Position numbers and translations under genes: made by a program. Below, in pieces: positions 9,913 through 20,215 of a stretch of 44,564 bases of DNA (positions are counted from its first letter, which is position 1; every line of letters starts with the position of its first letter). Below the pieces are notes generated by a model. That model did no database searches and had not been told where the DNA came from. It saw only the letters and a program-made list of their open reading frames with translations. Location: IMG/VR virus record IMGVR_UViG_2799113057_000001; one strand, written 5' to 3'. Source of the stretch: a virus. Its lineage: Duplodnaviria > Heunggongvirae > Uroviricota > Caudoviricetes.

Positions 9913-10773
9913 ATGAGCACAAGCCCGAGTGAACAACCGATCAATGAGCAGGCCGGAGCCGACCCGACAGACCCCGTTGAGGCTGTTGTAGACGGAGGGA
10001 CAAAGCAGCGGCGCCTCTGGGATTCCATACCCAAGAAGGCCATAGCTGCGTTGGCGATCGCCCTCATGCCCCTCGTGTCTGTGTTGCTGGTTTGGATGGA
10101 ACACGAGAGGGCGGGCATTGAGCGTCAACAGCCCACACCAGGGCAACTGGAAATTCCGTTCGCGACGCCCGCCACCATCTCGAAGATCGAGATCACACCT
10201 TGCGTGCCGCGGGTGTCTGCGCCAGAGTTGGTTTCGAGCCTCACTGCCCGCCAGGTGGCCAACGGCAAGATCATCATCGCCGAAGGCCTGCGTACACGGA
10301 CCCATCGTTCTGGAATCGTCGCTGCCTTGGCGGTTTCCATGCGGCAGACCGAGATGCGCAATCTTGCCAACACAGCAGTTCCGGCTTCGATGGCGCTACC
10401 GCACGATGAGATCAGCCGGGTACGTCACGAGCTAGGCATCTTTGGACAGACACCGTCTGATGGGCCCGTGGACATGCGGATGAGCCCTGCCCGAGCTGCG
10501 CGAAGCTTCTTCGCGGATATGCGATTCCCGAGTGATGGAACCCAGTGGACGCCCAAGGACTTGGCCGATCGGATGACACCTGCGCGCGATGCGCAGCCGA
10601 TCGGAGTCTCTGTTGAACATTGCCCCTCGAGTGCATTCGTTGGGTTCACCGGCGAGTTCTATGAGCGCTACGTCGACGAAGTCGCCAACGAGATGGCGGC
10701 CGGCCAATACCCCGATGACAACGGGGACGCCATGCCGCCCATGGCTTCTACGCGTACCGGTCGCCGCCCGTGA
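9913..10773 (+). CDS. membrane protein with degenerate lysozyme-like (actinobacterial cell-wall hydrolase) domain
   Basis: TM helix, then NGKIIIAEG...ALAVSMRQTEMRNLAN..VPASMALPHD...LGIFGQ, resembling the ALATAMQES.LRNL...SVGLFQQ family. Confidence 0.6.
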   Translation: MSTSPSEQPINEQAGADPTDPVEAVVDGGTKQRRLWDSIPKKAIAALAIALMPLVSVLLVWMEHERAGIERQQPTPGQLEIPFATPATISKIEITPCVPRVSAPELVSSLTARQVANGKIIIAEGLRTRTHRSGIVAALAVSMRQTEMRNLANTAVPASMALPHDEISRVRHELGIFGQTPSDGPVDMRMSPARAARSFFADMRFPSDGTQWTPKDLADRMTPARDAQPIGVSVEHCPSSAFVGFTGEFYERYVDEVANEMAAGQYPDDNGDAMPPMASTRTGRRP

Positions 10774-10821
10774 ACGTGGTGGCGTGTTGCTGTGCATTCC
10801 TGTGAAAGTGAGGTCGGCTAG

Positions 10822-11649
10822 TTGTCACGTCCCCACCTGACCGTTATCACCCATCAACGCTGGCGTGCTGACGATCTCCGCCCATACGCCGATGTGCGCC
10901 TGGATCACGGTCTGGACGCTGCGGCGGCCGGTGACGTCGACGTCGCGCTGTGGTGTCCGGGAGCGTGGGCTGCCGCTGCCATCGCCCGCCACCCTCATCT
11001 GCTTCTGTCGTCCGCCGGCCCGGCGTGGCTTGACCACGTTTATCAGCTGTTGACGGGACGTGACATCCGGACCAGCACCGCGGCGGACCTGATCAGGGAA
11101 GCAAGCGGGGAGCGCACGGACCCTGTCTTCGCCAAGCTGCCCGAGACCAAGCACGACAGTTTCAGCGCGCGTACGCGCGAAGTCGGCGAGCTGCTCGCAG
11201 CGTTGTACCGACTACCGCCAGATGAGCCGGTTCAACTCCAGACCCCGGCGCACTTCGACTACGAGGTCCGCTGCTGGCTTCTGGGCGGACAGGTGGTCGC
11301 GCGTGCCGCTTACTTCCCCAACGTGCCGCGCGAGCAGTGGCCGGCATTGGATGATCCGGGTCGTTCAGCCGAGGCCGCAGCGTGGCTGGCACAGCTCGTC
11401 CCGCACTACCTGTCGGTACCGCCTGCGGTCGTTGTTGATGTCGGCTGGTGCGTTGACCCCGCGGTCGGTCCAGCTGGTTGGCGGGTCGTCGAAGCCAACG
11501 CGCCGTGGTCTGCCGACTGGTACACCCCGGACGACATGGCTGCTGTCGTGGAAACGATCGTCGCTAGTCAACGTGACGTGCCCGCCAAGTGGGGTTGGCA
11601 GCCGAGCCCGCTCCTGAAGCGCCTGTCGGTGGGACTGATCGCTCGGTAA
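10822..11649 (+). CDS. ATP-grasp domain protein (DUF4343/R2K-like)
   Basis: VFAK, EVRCW, VVVDVGW, WRVVEANAPWSADWY motifs. Confidence 0.75.
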   Translation: MSRPHLTVITHQRWRADDLRPYADVRLDHGLDAAAAGDVDVALWCPGAWAAAAIARHPHLLLSSAGPAWLDHVYQLLTGRDIRTSTAADLIREASGERTDPVFAKLPETKHDSFSARTREVGELLAALYRLPPDEPVQLQTPAHFDYEVRCWLLGGQVVARAAYFPNVPREQWPALDDPGRSAEAAAWLAQLVPHYLSVPPAVVVDVGWCVDPAVGPAGWRVVEANAPWSADWYTPDDMAAVVETIVASQRDVPAKWGWQPSPLLKRLSVGLIAR

Positions 11650-11767
11650 TTCGGCGTGTCGCCTACTGCCGGGCGACAGCGCCATCGTCCCGTGGCACCG
11701 TCGGCCCATGCGACTTTCCCTGGCACCCTACCACCATGAATGGCCTCAGCCGGTGGATTCCAACCGC

Positions 11768-11803
11768 TTGTCAGACCCTACCGCTATTCTCTAAAATAGA
11801 GAA
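11768..11803 (+). promoter_or_regulatory. promoter TTGTCA-N18-TAAAAT overlapped by palindrome TTCTCTA-AAA-TAGAGAA
   Basis: Directly upstream of the AGGAG RBS of rIIA; the 21-mer 11783-11803 recurs identically at 17652-17672. Confidence 0.7.
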
Positions 11804-11824
11804 TACAAACGACAGGAGAATGAC

Positions 11825-13888
11825 ATGCGGCTATCGGCTCCGGCTTCGACACTGATCAGCGTTGGCGATAGTGCCGATCTACCCACCATGACCAGCCGGG
11901 TCGACCCAGAGGGCGCGCGACGCATGATGGAAATGCTGGTCAATCTGTACGCCGACCGCCGACTCGCTGTAGTGCGTGAGTATGTGTCGAACGCAGTGGA
12001 CGCCAGTCGTGTGGCGGGTTCTGCCGAACCAGTGCGCGTGACTACGCCGACACTGGTTGATCCTCACCTGACGGTGACCGACAGCGGTACCGGGATGTCC
12101 ACCGATGAAGTCGAAGCCACCTTCCTGGCTTTCGCTGCCTCTACCAAACGGCATAGCAATGACCTGATCGGTGGGCTCGGGGTCGGTGCGAAATCCGCAT
12201 GGGCGCTGACGGAGTCGTTCTTGGTGGACACCGTCAAGGGCGGAAAGCGCACGCTTGTGCGCGCTGCCCGTGACCTGTCCCACCAGGTTCTCGCGGCTGG
12301 CGTGGACAGCGATTCCCCGGACGGAACCTGCATCACTGTGCCGGTGGAAGTGGAAGGACAAGTTCAGGAATGGGCGAGTGTGGTGCAGCAGGTTGCCTCC
12401 GCACACGCGGCGGGAGCCGTCCTCGTGGACGGCAAGAAGGTGCCCAGTCTTGAGGGAGGTCCGAGCTGGATCGGTCCTGTCTCTTGCCGGCAGATCGGTG
12501 ACAGCAAAGGTGCCGTGGTGGTTCGCAGCGGCGGCACGTTGTTCGCCTCGGTGCCCGAGGTCACCAGACGTGTCCTTGAATCTACAAAACTGATCTCGTG
12601 CGTGATTGAGCTTCCTGTGGGGTCGTTCGATCACACTCCCAGCCGAGAGAATGTGGTCGCGACAGCTCGCACGCTCGCCGCTGTGGACACTGCCCTGGCT
12701 GTATACCAATCAGCCTATGAGGCACTGGAAAAGCGTCTCAATGAGCTGGCGGAAAAGGACATCGCTGCTGCGGTGACTCTGCGCGCTCAGACTCTAGGGA
12801 AGGTCGCTAAGCCCGAGCACCTTCCGATCAAGTTCAGTGTGCAGGTACCCGCTGGCATTGGCGCCTGGAAGCTAGTGTCCAGCCAATCTGGGCGTGCTCG
12901 ATGGGACCGCGTCGGCGGTCGCTGCGAGGCCGACTCTTTCAGCGCGGCGCGCGGCTGTGAAGTCATGGGCGACACCGTGGTTGTCACCGAGGTTCCAGCC
13001 GGTCGCGTGTTGCGGGGATTTGCAAGGTTCCTGGAAGACGTACAGCCGGGCGCTCGGCGGGTCATTCCAGTGCCGAAAGGCCAAGGAGCCGTAGAACTGC
13101 CGATTATCGACGCCGAAAAGCGCACGGTCTCCCAGACTTGGTCAGTCGGCGCGGCAACCGAAGGTGTCTCGCACTACACCTTCACGGAGTGGAACGAAGA
13201 AATAGCGAAGACCAAGACGGAGCGAGTGGCCTCAAATGCCTATCAGTGTGCGTTGATCGGTTGCGACGGTGCGAATCCCGAGGCCATTGACATGACCGCG
13301 GCCGAGATCGAGGCATTGGGGCTACCGGTCTGGTACGTCCATGGAGATCGGCCCCGGCATCTCGAAAGCGGACCCGCGTCGCTGGGGGTCTACTTGGGAA
13401 AGCGTCAGACCGGGCCACTGATCGCCGCCGTGTCGGAGGCAATGACCCGCGAGAAATGGATGGATCGGCGTTTTCGCGCCGAGACCTCCGGGTGGACACA
13501 CGAGCAGCTTCTGGCCGTTGCTCTTGACGTTCTAGTGGCACACGCAGACGAGTCACAGTTTTTCGGTGTGGTCCCCAGGGCGCTGGAATTGATGCCAGCG
13601 GGTCGGACGACGCCCGAAATTCTCACACGCATCAACGCATTGGTCAGCGACATGCGGCAGACCACCGCTGTTCAGCGAGCCGTCATGCTCTCGGTCTGGG
13701 GGAGCGCTTCGGCAGGAGCGTTGCGCGCCGAACTCGGTGAACTACGCCGCGATCTGATGCGCGCCTACCCGCTGCTTGCCCATTTTCAGAGCTACTACGG
13801 ACGCCGCGAACCTGGACCGGAATACGCCGAGTACATAGCACACACCCCGCCCCGGCTCCCCGAGAAGGCCGAAGCAGCAGCAGCGTAG
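11825..13888 (+). CDS. rIIA: RIIA-like protein (GHKL/HATPase N-terminus)
   Basis: LYADRRLAVVREYVSNAVDA, VTDSGTGMS, STKRHSNDLIGGLGVGAKS; followed by an rIIB-like gene. Confidence 0.8.
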   Translation: MRLSAPASTLISVGDSADLPTMTSRVDPEGARRMMEMLVNLYADRRLAVVREYVSNAVDASRVAGSAEPVRVTTPTLVDPHLTVTDSGTGMSTDEVEATFLAFAASTKRHSNDLIGGLGVGAKSAWALTESFLVDTVKGGKRTLVRAARDLSHQVLAAGVDSDSPDGTCITVPVEVEGQVQEWASVVQQVASAHAAGAVLVDGKKVPSLEGGPSWIGPVSCRQIGDSKGAVVVRSGGTLFASVPEVTRRVLESTKLISCVIELPVGSFDHTPSRENVVATARTLAAVDTALAVYQSAYEALEKRLNELAEKDIAAAVTLRAQTLGKVAKPEHLPIKFSVQVPAGIGAWKLVSSQSGRARWDRVGGRCEADSFSAARGCEVMGDTVVVTEVPAGRVLRGFARFLEDVQPGARRVIPVPKGQGAVELPIIDAEKRTVSQTWSVGAATEGVSHYTFTEWNEEIAKTKTERVASNAYQCALIGCDGANPEAIDMTAAEIEALGLPVWYVHGDRPRHLESGPASLGVYLGKRQTGPLIAAVSEAMTREKWMDRRFRAETSGWTHEQLLAVALDVLVAHADESQFFGVVPRALELMPAGRTTPEILTRINALVSDMRQTTAVQRAVMLSVWGSASAGALRAELGELRRDLMRAYPLLAHFQSYYGRREPGPEYAEYIAHTPPRLPEKAEAAAA

Positions 13889-13926
13889 CGGCACGAAAAC
13901 CACACCAATAGAACAGGAACCAACCC

Positions 13927-15005
<1,079 letters not shown>

Positions 15006-15009
<4 letters not shown>

Positions 15010-15293
15010 GCACTTCGGAGATCCGCGCAGATCAGCTTCGGGCGGGAGACTTCTTCGAGCATTGGGCGCGGCCCCAGGGCGAAGACGAATCTCGCGTGTT
15101 CACCACAGAGGTACTTCGTGACGCTGAACCACATCAAGACCGGTTCGGACAGGAACTGCTCAAGTTCTACTGCCGCGTAGACGATCCCGCAACCGGAGGA
15201 GTCCGGGAGGGATACGTCATCTACGGTCCCCATGCGGTCGTGTCACGCATCGCGCAAGTTCGGTATCCGGAGGGGAATTTGAACAATGACTAA
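15006..15293 (+). CDS. hypothetical protein
   Basis: ATGA overlap with the rIIB stop. Confidence 0.65.
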
Positions 15294-15780
15294 CGATCCT
15301 GCGATTTCAGCCGTGCGGCGGGCATGGGGCAAGCGTGGTGCTGCCGATATTGAGCCTTCAACCAGTGAGATTGCCGCTGCGGGTGAAGCATTGGAGCCGG
15401 TAAAGGCGTGGCATGCGCGGTGGTGCGCATCGCGTCAGTGGCACCTGCTGTCTCCGCAGGCATGGGATGAGCTCGTTGTTCTCATCTATCCGAGCACGGA
15501 ATTGATGCCGGTGAACGCGATGTCGAATCCGACCGGAACCAACGATGCTGACGCCGATTCTCCCACCTTCGACGATTCGGACAGGGCCGATCTTCTCGGC
15601 TCGGCGCAACCCATTTCCGTGCTCTACTCCGTTGAGGAGATCATGCAGAACCTGGAGTCCGAACAACAGAAGCCGGAAAAGGGGTGGTTGCGGAGAGAGT
15701 TTGAGCGTGCGCGGAAGCGCTCGGAATCAGTTCCTCCACATGCGCGCCCGGCGCTGATCAAGAGACCCCGGAAGAAGTGA
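15286..15780 (+). CDS. mycobacteriophage-type small protein (DPA..A.RRAW family)
   Basis: MTNDPAISAVRRAW...AAAGEALEP...LIYPSTEL; paralog at 15946. Confidence 0.65.
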   Translation: MTNDPAISAVRRAWGKRGAADIEPSTSEIAAAGEALEPVKAWHARWCASRQWHLLSPQAWDELVVLIYPSTELMPVNAMSNPTGTNDADADSPTFDDSDRADLLGSAQPISVLYSVEEIMQNLESEQQKPEKGWLRREFERARKRSESVPPHARPALIKRPRKK

Positions 15781-15956
15781 GTGCGGCCATGCACCTGGTG
15801 AAGCAGATAGAGATCCTCGAGGACTTGCCTGACTTGCTGACAGCGGAGCAAGAGGTGGAGCTTGCCAAGCGGATCGAGGCCGGCGTGACTGGACCCGCGG
15901 CCTCCCGAAGCTTTGAACCAACTATTTCAATGAGGAAACTGAGCGATGACTACTGA
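15777..15956 (+). CDS. 59-aa ORF carrying the sigma70 region 1.2 motif [17 protein letters not shown] (not in ORF track)
   Basis: GTG 15777 overlaps the upstream TGA (internal ATG 15789); stop TGA 15954-15956 lies within the start of the next ORF. Confidence 0.65.
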   Translation: [59 protein letters not shown]

Positions 15957-16224
15957 TCCGGTCATCCGCGCCGCGCAACGGGCATGGGATGCGAAAGACC
16001 CACTAGATGGAATCGCCTACGTACCTGGCGATCACGGGATCTGGACACCTGAGGCAATGGAGGCCGCTGCCTGTGAGGCGTTGAAGCCGATACGGGCCGT
16101 ACTCGACAAGCTGGCCGCTGATACTGAGCCACCCTGCGGTCCTGCCACGCGTATTCAGTTGTTCGAGAAGGCAATCAGTGACCTCTCACCCTTGGTGTTC
16201 AGAACAGAGGAGCTGGAGCCATGA
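15946..16224 (+). CDS. mycobacteriophage-type small protein (DPV..A.QRAW family)
   Basis: MTTDPVIRAAQRAW...EAAACEALKPIR...DLSPLVFRTEEL. Confidence 0.7.
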   Translation: MTTDPVIRAAQRAWDAKDPLDGIAYVPGDHGIWTPEAMEAAACEALKPIRAVLDKLAADTEPPCGPATRIQLFEKAISDLSPLVFRTEELEP

Positions 16225-16297
16225 GCGCGGCGCAAAAACTCATATCGGAAACGTCTCAACATCATTGAACACACAACCCGAGAATGGAGAAGTACAA

Positions 16298-16519
16298 ATG
16301 GATCTGAACATCGAGATCAAGTGGGGCGGATTTCTGACTAAGTGGGCGATAGCACTGCTGCAGATTCTTGTCGCTGCGGCGTTCATCATGTGGATCTTGA
16401 CCTCTACGTCGCATCCTCTCGGGTACTGGACGATAGCAGGCTACCTATCCGCCGCAGCGGTTGCGTACTCGGCGATCACGCTGCCGGTGCGCATAACCGA
16501 GAGATCAGCGTCGGAGTGA
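16298..16519 (+). CDS. small two-TM membrane protein
   Basis: GGAG RBS before ATG 16298; two hydrophobic segments. Confidence 0.6.
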   Translation: MDLNIEIKWGGFLTKWAIALLQILVAAAFIMWILTSTSHPLGYWTIAGYLSAAAVAYSAITLPVRITERSASE

Positions 16520-16551
16520 TCTGAAAGCCAAGACGACTCAGGAGTTTCTCT

Positions 16552-16791
16552 GTGCAGATACCGAATTCGATCATCGAACCTTGTGCGGCGGTAGCCGGCG
16601 CCAAATATGTGATCGCCTTCAATGACGACGACTGGGACTGTTGGAACACTCTCGATGAGGCCTCGACGTATCTGGGTTGGCGCCAGGGTGGCCGATGGTT
16701 CTTCAGTGCGCTCGAAGGCGGCACGACAGGTGACTGGGACTATGCCGACGACGAGATCGTCGTCCTAGTCGAGGCGCCGAAAGACGCATGA
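16552..16791 (+). CDS. small acidic hypothetical protein
   Basis: AGGAG RBS; ATGA coupling to next ORF. Confidence 0.6.
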   Translation: MQIPNSIIEPCAAVAGAKYVIAFNDDDWDCWNTLDEASTYLGWRQGGRWFFSALEGGTTGDWDYADDEIVVLVEAPKDA

Positions 16792-17111
16792 TGCCTCCCG
16801 GTAAATTTCAGCCAGGGCAACGACTCACAGACTCGGAGATCGCTGACTTGGATGAGCCCATTCCCGTCGGCGTTGTCGCGGTGTGGGGCGCGGACTGGAA
16901 CGGTAACCCACAGCTGCGTGGCGTCCGGTCTGGTTATCGGAGCGTCCTCGTAGGCAAGTTTGGCGAGGGATTCGACGGGAGTGGTCCGAGCGCCACTCTC
17001 TGTGGGGAATGCGGTGAACTGCTGGTCGTTCAAGCTTCGGGGGAGCTCACCATGCTCCATCAACGGCATTTGGATCGGGAGCATGGCATCAGTGCGTCAT
17101 TGCTTCGATAG
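16788..17111 (+). CDS. hypothetical protein
   Basis: Translationally coupled; contains CxxC (CGEC). Confidence 0.55.
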   Translation: MMPPGKFQPGQRLTDSEIADLDEPIPVGVVAVWGADWNGNPQLRGVRSGYRSVLVGKFGEGFDGSGPSATLCGECGELLVVQASGELTMLHQRHLDREHGISASLLR

Positions 17112-17147
17112 ACGTGGGCGCCACTGGCCGCGGGATAGGCTTGGCCG

Positions 17148-17606
17148 GTGATTGACAGCGCCCGCGGAGGGAACCTCAGAGTCCAAGAGGTCGTCGAGAT
17201 TGCCAATCACCTGCCCGAGGGCATGCGCTTACCGGTCCTTCTCATCGCGTACTGCCAGCTGCGCGTTGGCGAGGTGCTGGCACTTTCGCGCGAGGACATC
17301 ATCGATGGCGCAGCGGGGATGACACTGTGTGTGCGTTGGCGCGTTGTCGTGGATACGTCTGGAACTGGTTTCGAGCCGGCCAAGCATCCCGGTGCCGAGA
17401 TTCGGCTGCCCGAGGTGCTTGTTGAGCAGGTTCGAGAGCATTTGGTTGGGTGCGAACCGGAGCCGGACACCCTGTTGTTCCTCAACCCAGCCGGAGAGCC
17501 TTGGTCGACTGTGGAATTCAGTCGGTCCTTCCGGGCGGCGCTGTCCGCTGCTGGCGTACCTGTACCACCACCGCTGCACAGGCTCCGTCACGTCCTGTTG
17601 GGATGA
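17148..17606 (+). pseudogene. truncated tyrosine recombinase catalytic-domain fragment
   Basis: LRVGEVLAL (Arg), AKH, HRLRH present; ORF stops before the H/W and catalytic Tyr; no core-binding domain. Confidence 0.7.
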
Positions 17607-17630
17607 TGTAGCCGCAGATCTTCGTTTTGC

Positions 17631-17672
17631 TTGCAACTCCCAAACCTCATCGCTATTCTCTAAAATAGAGAA
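17631..17672 (+). promoter_or_regulatory. second copy of the TTCTCTA-AAA-TAGAGAA palindrome, overlapping a possible TTGCAA-N17-TATTCT promoter
   Basis: Identical 21-mer upstream of the GGAGG RBS of the 17685 operon. Confidence 0.7.
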
Positions 17673-17684
17673 ATTGGAGGCACC

Positions 17685-17870
17685 GTGAGTGTGACTCAGA
17701 AGATTTTCGCCAGCTATATCGGCAGGGGAGACCGTTTCGAGGATCATGCAGCGCTCCGTGGGCAGGCGCTGCGGAAGTTCGTCTGCGAATTGATCTTCGA
17801 ACCCGTGCTCTACATCGATTACCGCCAAGGGCACAAGGCGCGGCATCCGCTGACTCTGGTGGGCCAGTGA
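17685..17870 (+). CDS. small hypothetical protein
   Basis: GGAGG RBS; coupled to next ORF. Confidence 0.55.
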   Translation: MSVTQKIFASYIGRGDRFEDHAALRGQALRKFVCELIFEPVLYIDYRQGHKARHPLTLVGQ

Positions 17871-18223
17871 TGTCACACGATTTTTGGATGGGATTGCTGG
17901 TCATCCCCGTGTTGATCGGGGGATTGGCTGTTGCCGCCGCGGCTGTACTGATACTGATCTATGTGTCAGCCAAGGTCGATCTCTCGACGTGGAAGTTATG
18001 GCCCAAGGACGCTAACTACCTGTCGAATCGTCCAGTGCTGGCCGCGGTGATGATGCGAGCTAAATCAGTTCATTACCTGTGGATTCCAGGGTGGCATGTC
18101 GTGATTTGCCGAACAACTCTGTTCAACTGCCAGGACGCCGAGGATGTCTTGCAGCACAGGCGAATCGAACGAGCGGTGCGTGACGCCCTGATTCAACCGG
18201 AAACGAACGAGGACACAGTATGA
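17867..18223 (+). CDS. membrane-anchored hypothetical protein
   Basis: N-terminal TM segment; overlapping stop/start. Confidence 0.65.
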   Translation: MMSHDFWMGLLVIPVLIGGLAVAAAAVLILIYVSAKVDLSTWKLWPKDANYLSNRPVLAAVMMRAKSVHYLWIPGWHVVICRTTLFNCQDAEDVLQHRRIERAVRDALIQPETNEDTV

Positions 18224-18492
18224 AATCAGGCGTTGGGCGGGTCTGGACAACCCTCGCAAGCGCAATCGAAGACACAGCGGCGACGTTGCTCGAATCGCGC
18301 GGATACGCGGTGATTGAACTGCCCGCGGCCCGGGGGTCAGGCTCGTGGAACTTTTTCGGATCTTCCAAAACCGGCGCGAGCACTCTGGGCAGCCGTGTCG
18401 ATTTACATGGCACCTGGCTTACGCCCACCGAGGCTCGCGAACAAGCTGCCACACTTCTCGCCGCGGCTCTATGTGCGGAAGGGGTCCATTGA
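18220..18492 (+). CDS. mycobacteriophage-type small protein
   Basis: GYAVIELP...EAREQAATLLAAA pattern; coupled. Confidence 0.6.
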   Translation: MKSGVGRVWTTLASAIEDTAATLLESRGYAVIELPAARGSGSWNFFGSSKTGASTLGSRVDLHGTWLTPTEAREQAATLLAAALCAEGVH

Positions 18493-18767
18493 TGGTGTGG
18501 ATGAAAATCACGTGTGCTGAGCGCGAACAGATCTGGGCGGACCGAGATGGTAATCGTAACCTCGCGCCGATATCGACTTGCACCGACCTTGATGCCGAGT
18601 TTCACAGTGAGCCTGAGATATTCACCGAGTGGGGCGACCGCGAAACCCAGGTTCCGGTACTGCGGGACTATCGCTACCCGGCCCGTTACTGCGCGAGCGA
18701 CCCGCCCGGGACCGTCAGGCCGGACCGGAAATCCTGCGAGCACTATCGATACGAGGTTCAGTCATGA
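18492..18767 (+). CDS. phage-type hypothetical protein
   Basis: TGATG coupling; EIFTEWGD..PVLRDYRYP..CEHY. Confidence 0.6.
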   Translation: MVWMKITCAEREQIWADRDGNRNLAPISTCTDLDAEFHSEPEIFTEWGDRETQVPVLRDYRYPARYCASDPPGTVRPDRKSCEHYRYEVQS

Positions 18768-19132
18768 GTGAATTGACAACGCGCGCACGGGCGGTCCTGG
18801 ATGGGGTAACGGAGGGCCCCTGGGAGGTCGGTGAAAATGACGACGAAGTGCTCTCCGTCGGTGCAGGCACCTTCTTGTCCGACCCGGACGACTACAAGTC
18901 CACAGATTTGATCTATTCGGTGGACCTCGCTGGGATCGAGCTCGACAGTGCGGATTACGCGCAGTTGCAACGCGATGCTGCGTTCGTCTCTGCAGCACGG
19001 ACGATGCTCCCAGAGCTGATCGAGGAGAACGAACGGCTTGAGCGTGAGGTCGCGGCGCTGAAGGCTGGATTTTCCAAATCAGCATTTTCAGCACGAGATG
19101 CTTTCGGCCAACCCAGCAGCGGCCTTCCGTGA
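18764..19132 (+). CDS. Ead/Ea22-like phage protein
   Basis: ARAVLDGVTEGPW...DAAFVSAARTMLPELIEE.ERL. Confidence 0.6.
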   Translation: MSELTTRARAVLDGVTEGPWEVGENDDEVLSVGAGTFLSDPDDYKSTDLIYSVDLAGIELDSADYAQLQRDAAFVSAARTMLPELIEENERLEREVAALKAGFSKSAFSARDAFGQPSSGLP

Positions 19133-19856
19133 CCTCCGACTCGGTGGCGAGATGCGACCCGCCCGGGAACCCCGCGCCACCGAGTCGGTTCCAGCCTACG
19201 AGGCTGGGGCATTGGTCAGCATTGGTTCAACGCTGATCGCTCGTGTGCTCAGGCGTCGCCGGAGTGCTCCTGTCGCCACTGCCTGTGTCGGACGACCTTT
19301 TCACGAACACCGCGTTCGCTGAATGTCCGGTGGGGCTTGTGTGCATCTCGTGAAATCCGAAGCCCTGTGCCTGCCTTCGTACGACGAGGGTGCGCGGTCG
19401 CCTCGTCGATAGACGTGTCCGGCACGCCATGTAGCTGCTCCGCGGCGCACGCTGCTCCAGTTGCACCGACGAACCCCCAGGAGGCCCCATGTTTGACCGG
19501 AATGCACCGCTGGACGTAGAAGCTGCCCCTGAAATCGAGGAGTACACCGGTCGCCACCGCGCGCCGGAACAGGGAAGCGCAGAGTCGCCGGAAACCAATG
19601 AGCGTGTCTGCATCGGCTGGTGATCCTGTCGGTTTCCGGGCTAGCGGGGACGTGACATTGGCTGGCTACAGGCCGATCTCCTCTGAACGGTTGTTGATCC
19701 CCGGAGTGGCAAATCTGCGCTTCATCGTGTTCGGGCCCTGGTTGATGCGCTAATTGGCCCTAAAATGCGGGCACATGTTGCTCATTAACCTGCATGTTGG
19801 GTGGGACAGGCAACAAATAGTGCATCGAAGAGATACGCCCTGGCTTAAGGAGAGAA

Positions 19857-20192
19857 GTGAGCGACAACATCACCATCGCGGACCGCGACGCTTTTCCGAA
19901 GAAGGTTGAGGCGATCGAGCAGGAGGTGGCTAATCTGCGTACGTTCGGTCCCAAGCTTGAGGCCATCGTCACCAAGGCTCGTGAAGAGGCCAAATCGCTG
20001 ACCACCAACGGAGAGCCGGCGCCGATCTATCATGCGCTGCTTGATGCGTTGGGTTCCTGGCATACCGCGGCGTCGTCGGCAATTACCGCTGTCTGTGGCT
20101 CCGCGGACGGATGCGCGAAAACCATGACCGAAAAGTTCACCAAGATCACCGGCACAGACGCCGCAGCAGCCAAAGACATCGCCAAGGCCTAG
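19857..20192 (+). CDS. ~110-aa helical type VII secretion substrate-like protein (no WxG)
   Basis: AGGAG RBS; size, helical pattern and C-terminal TDAAAAKDI resemble Esx/EspC-EspF-type proteins. Confidence 0.6.
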   Translation: MSDNITIADRDAFPKKVEAIEQEVANLRTFGPKLEAIVTKAREEAKSLTTNGEPAPIYHALLDALGSWHTAASSAITAVCGSADGCAKTMTEKFTKITGTDAAAAKDIAKA

Positions 20193-20215
20193 GCCGCAGG
20201 AGAGGAACACCACCC

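Noticed and set aside
19133-19850. ORFs 19227-19613 and 19249-19557
   Set aside because: No RBS, motif or coding-like composition; left unannotated
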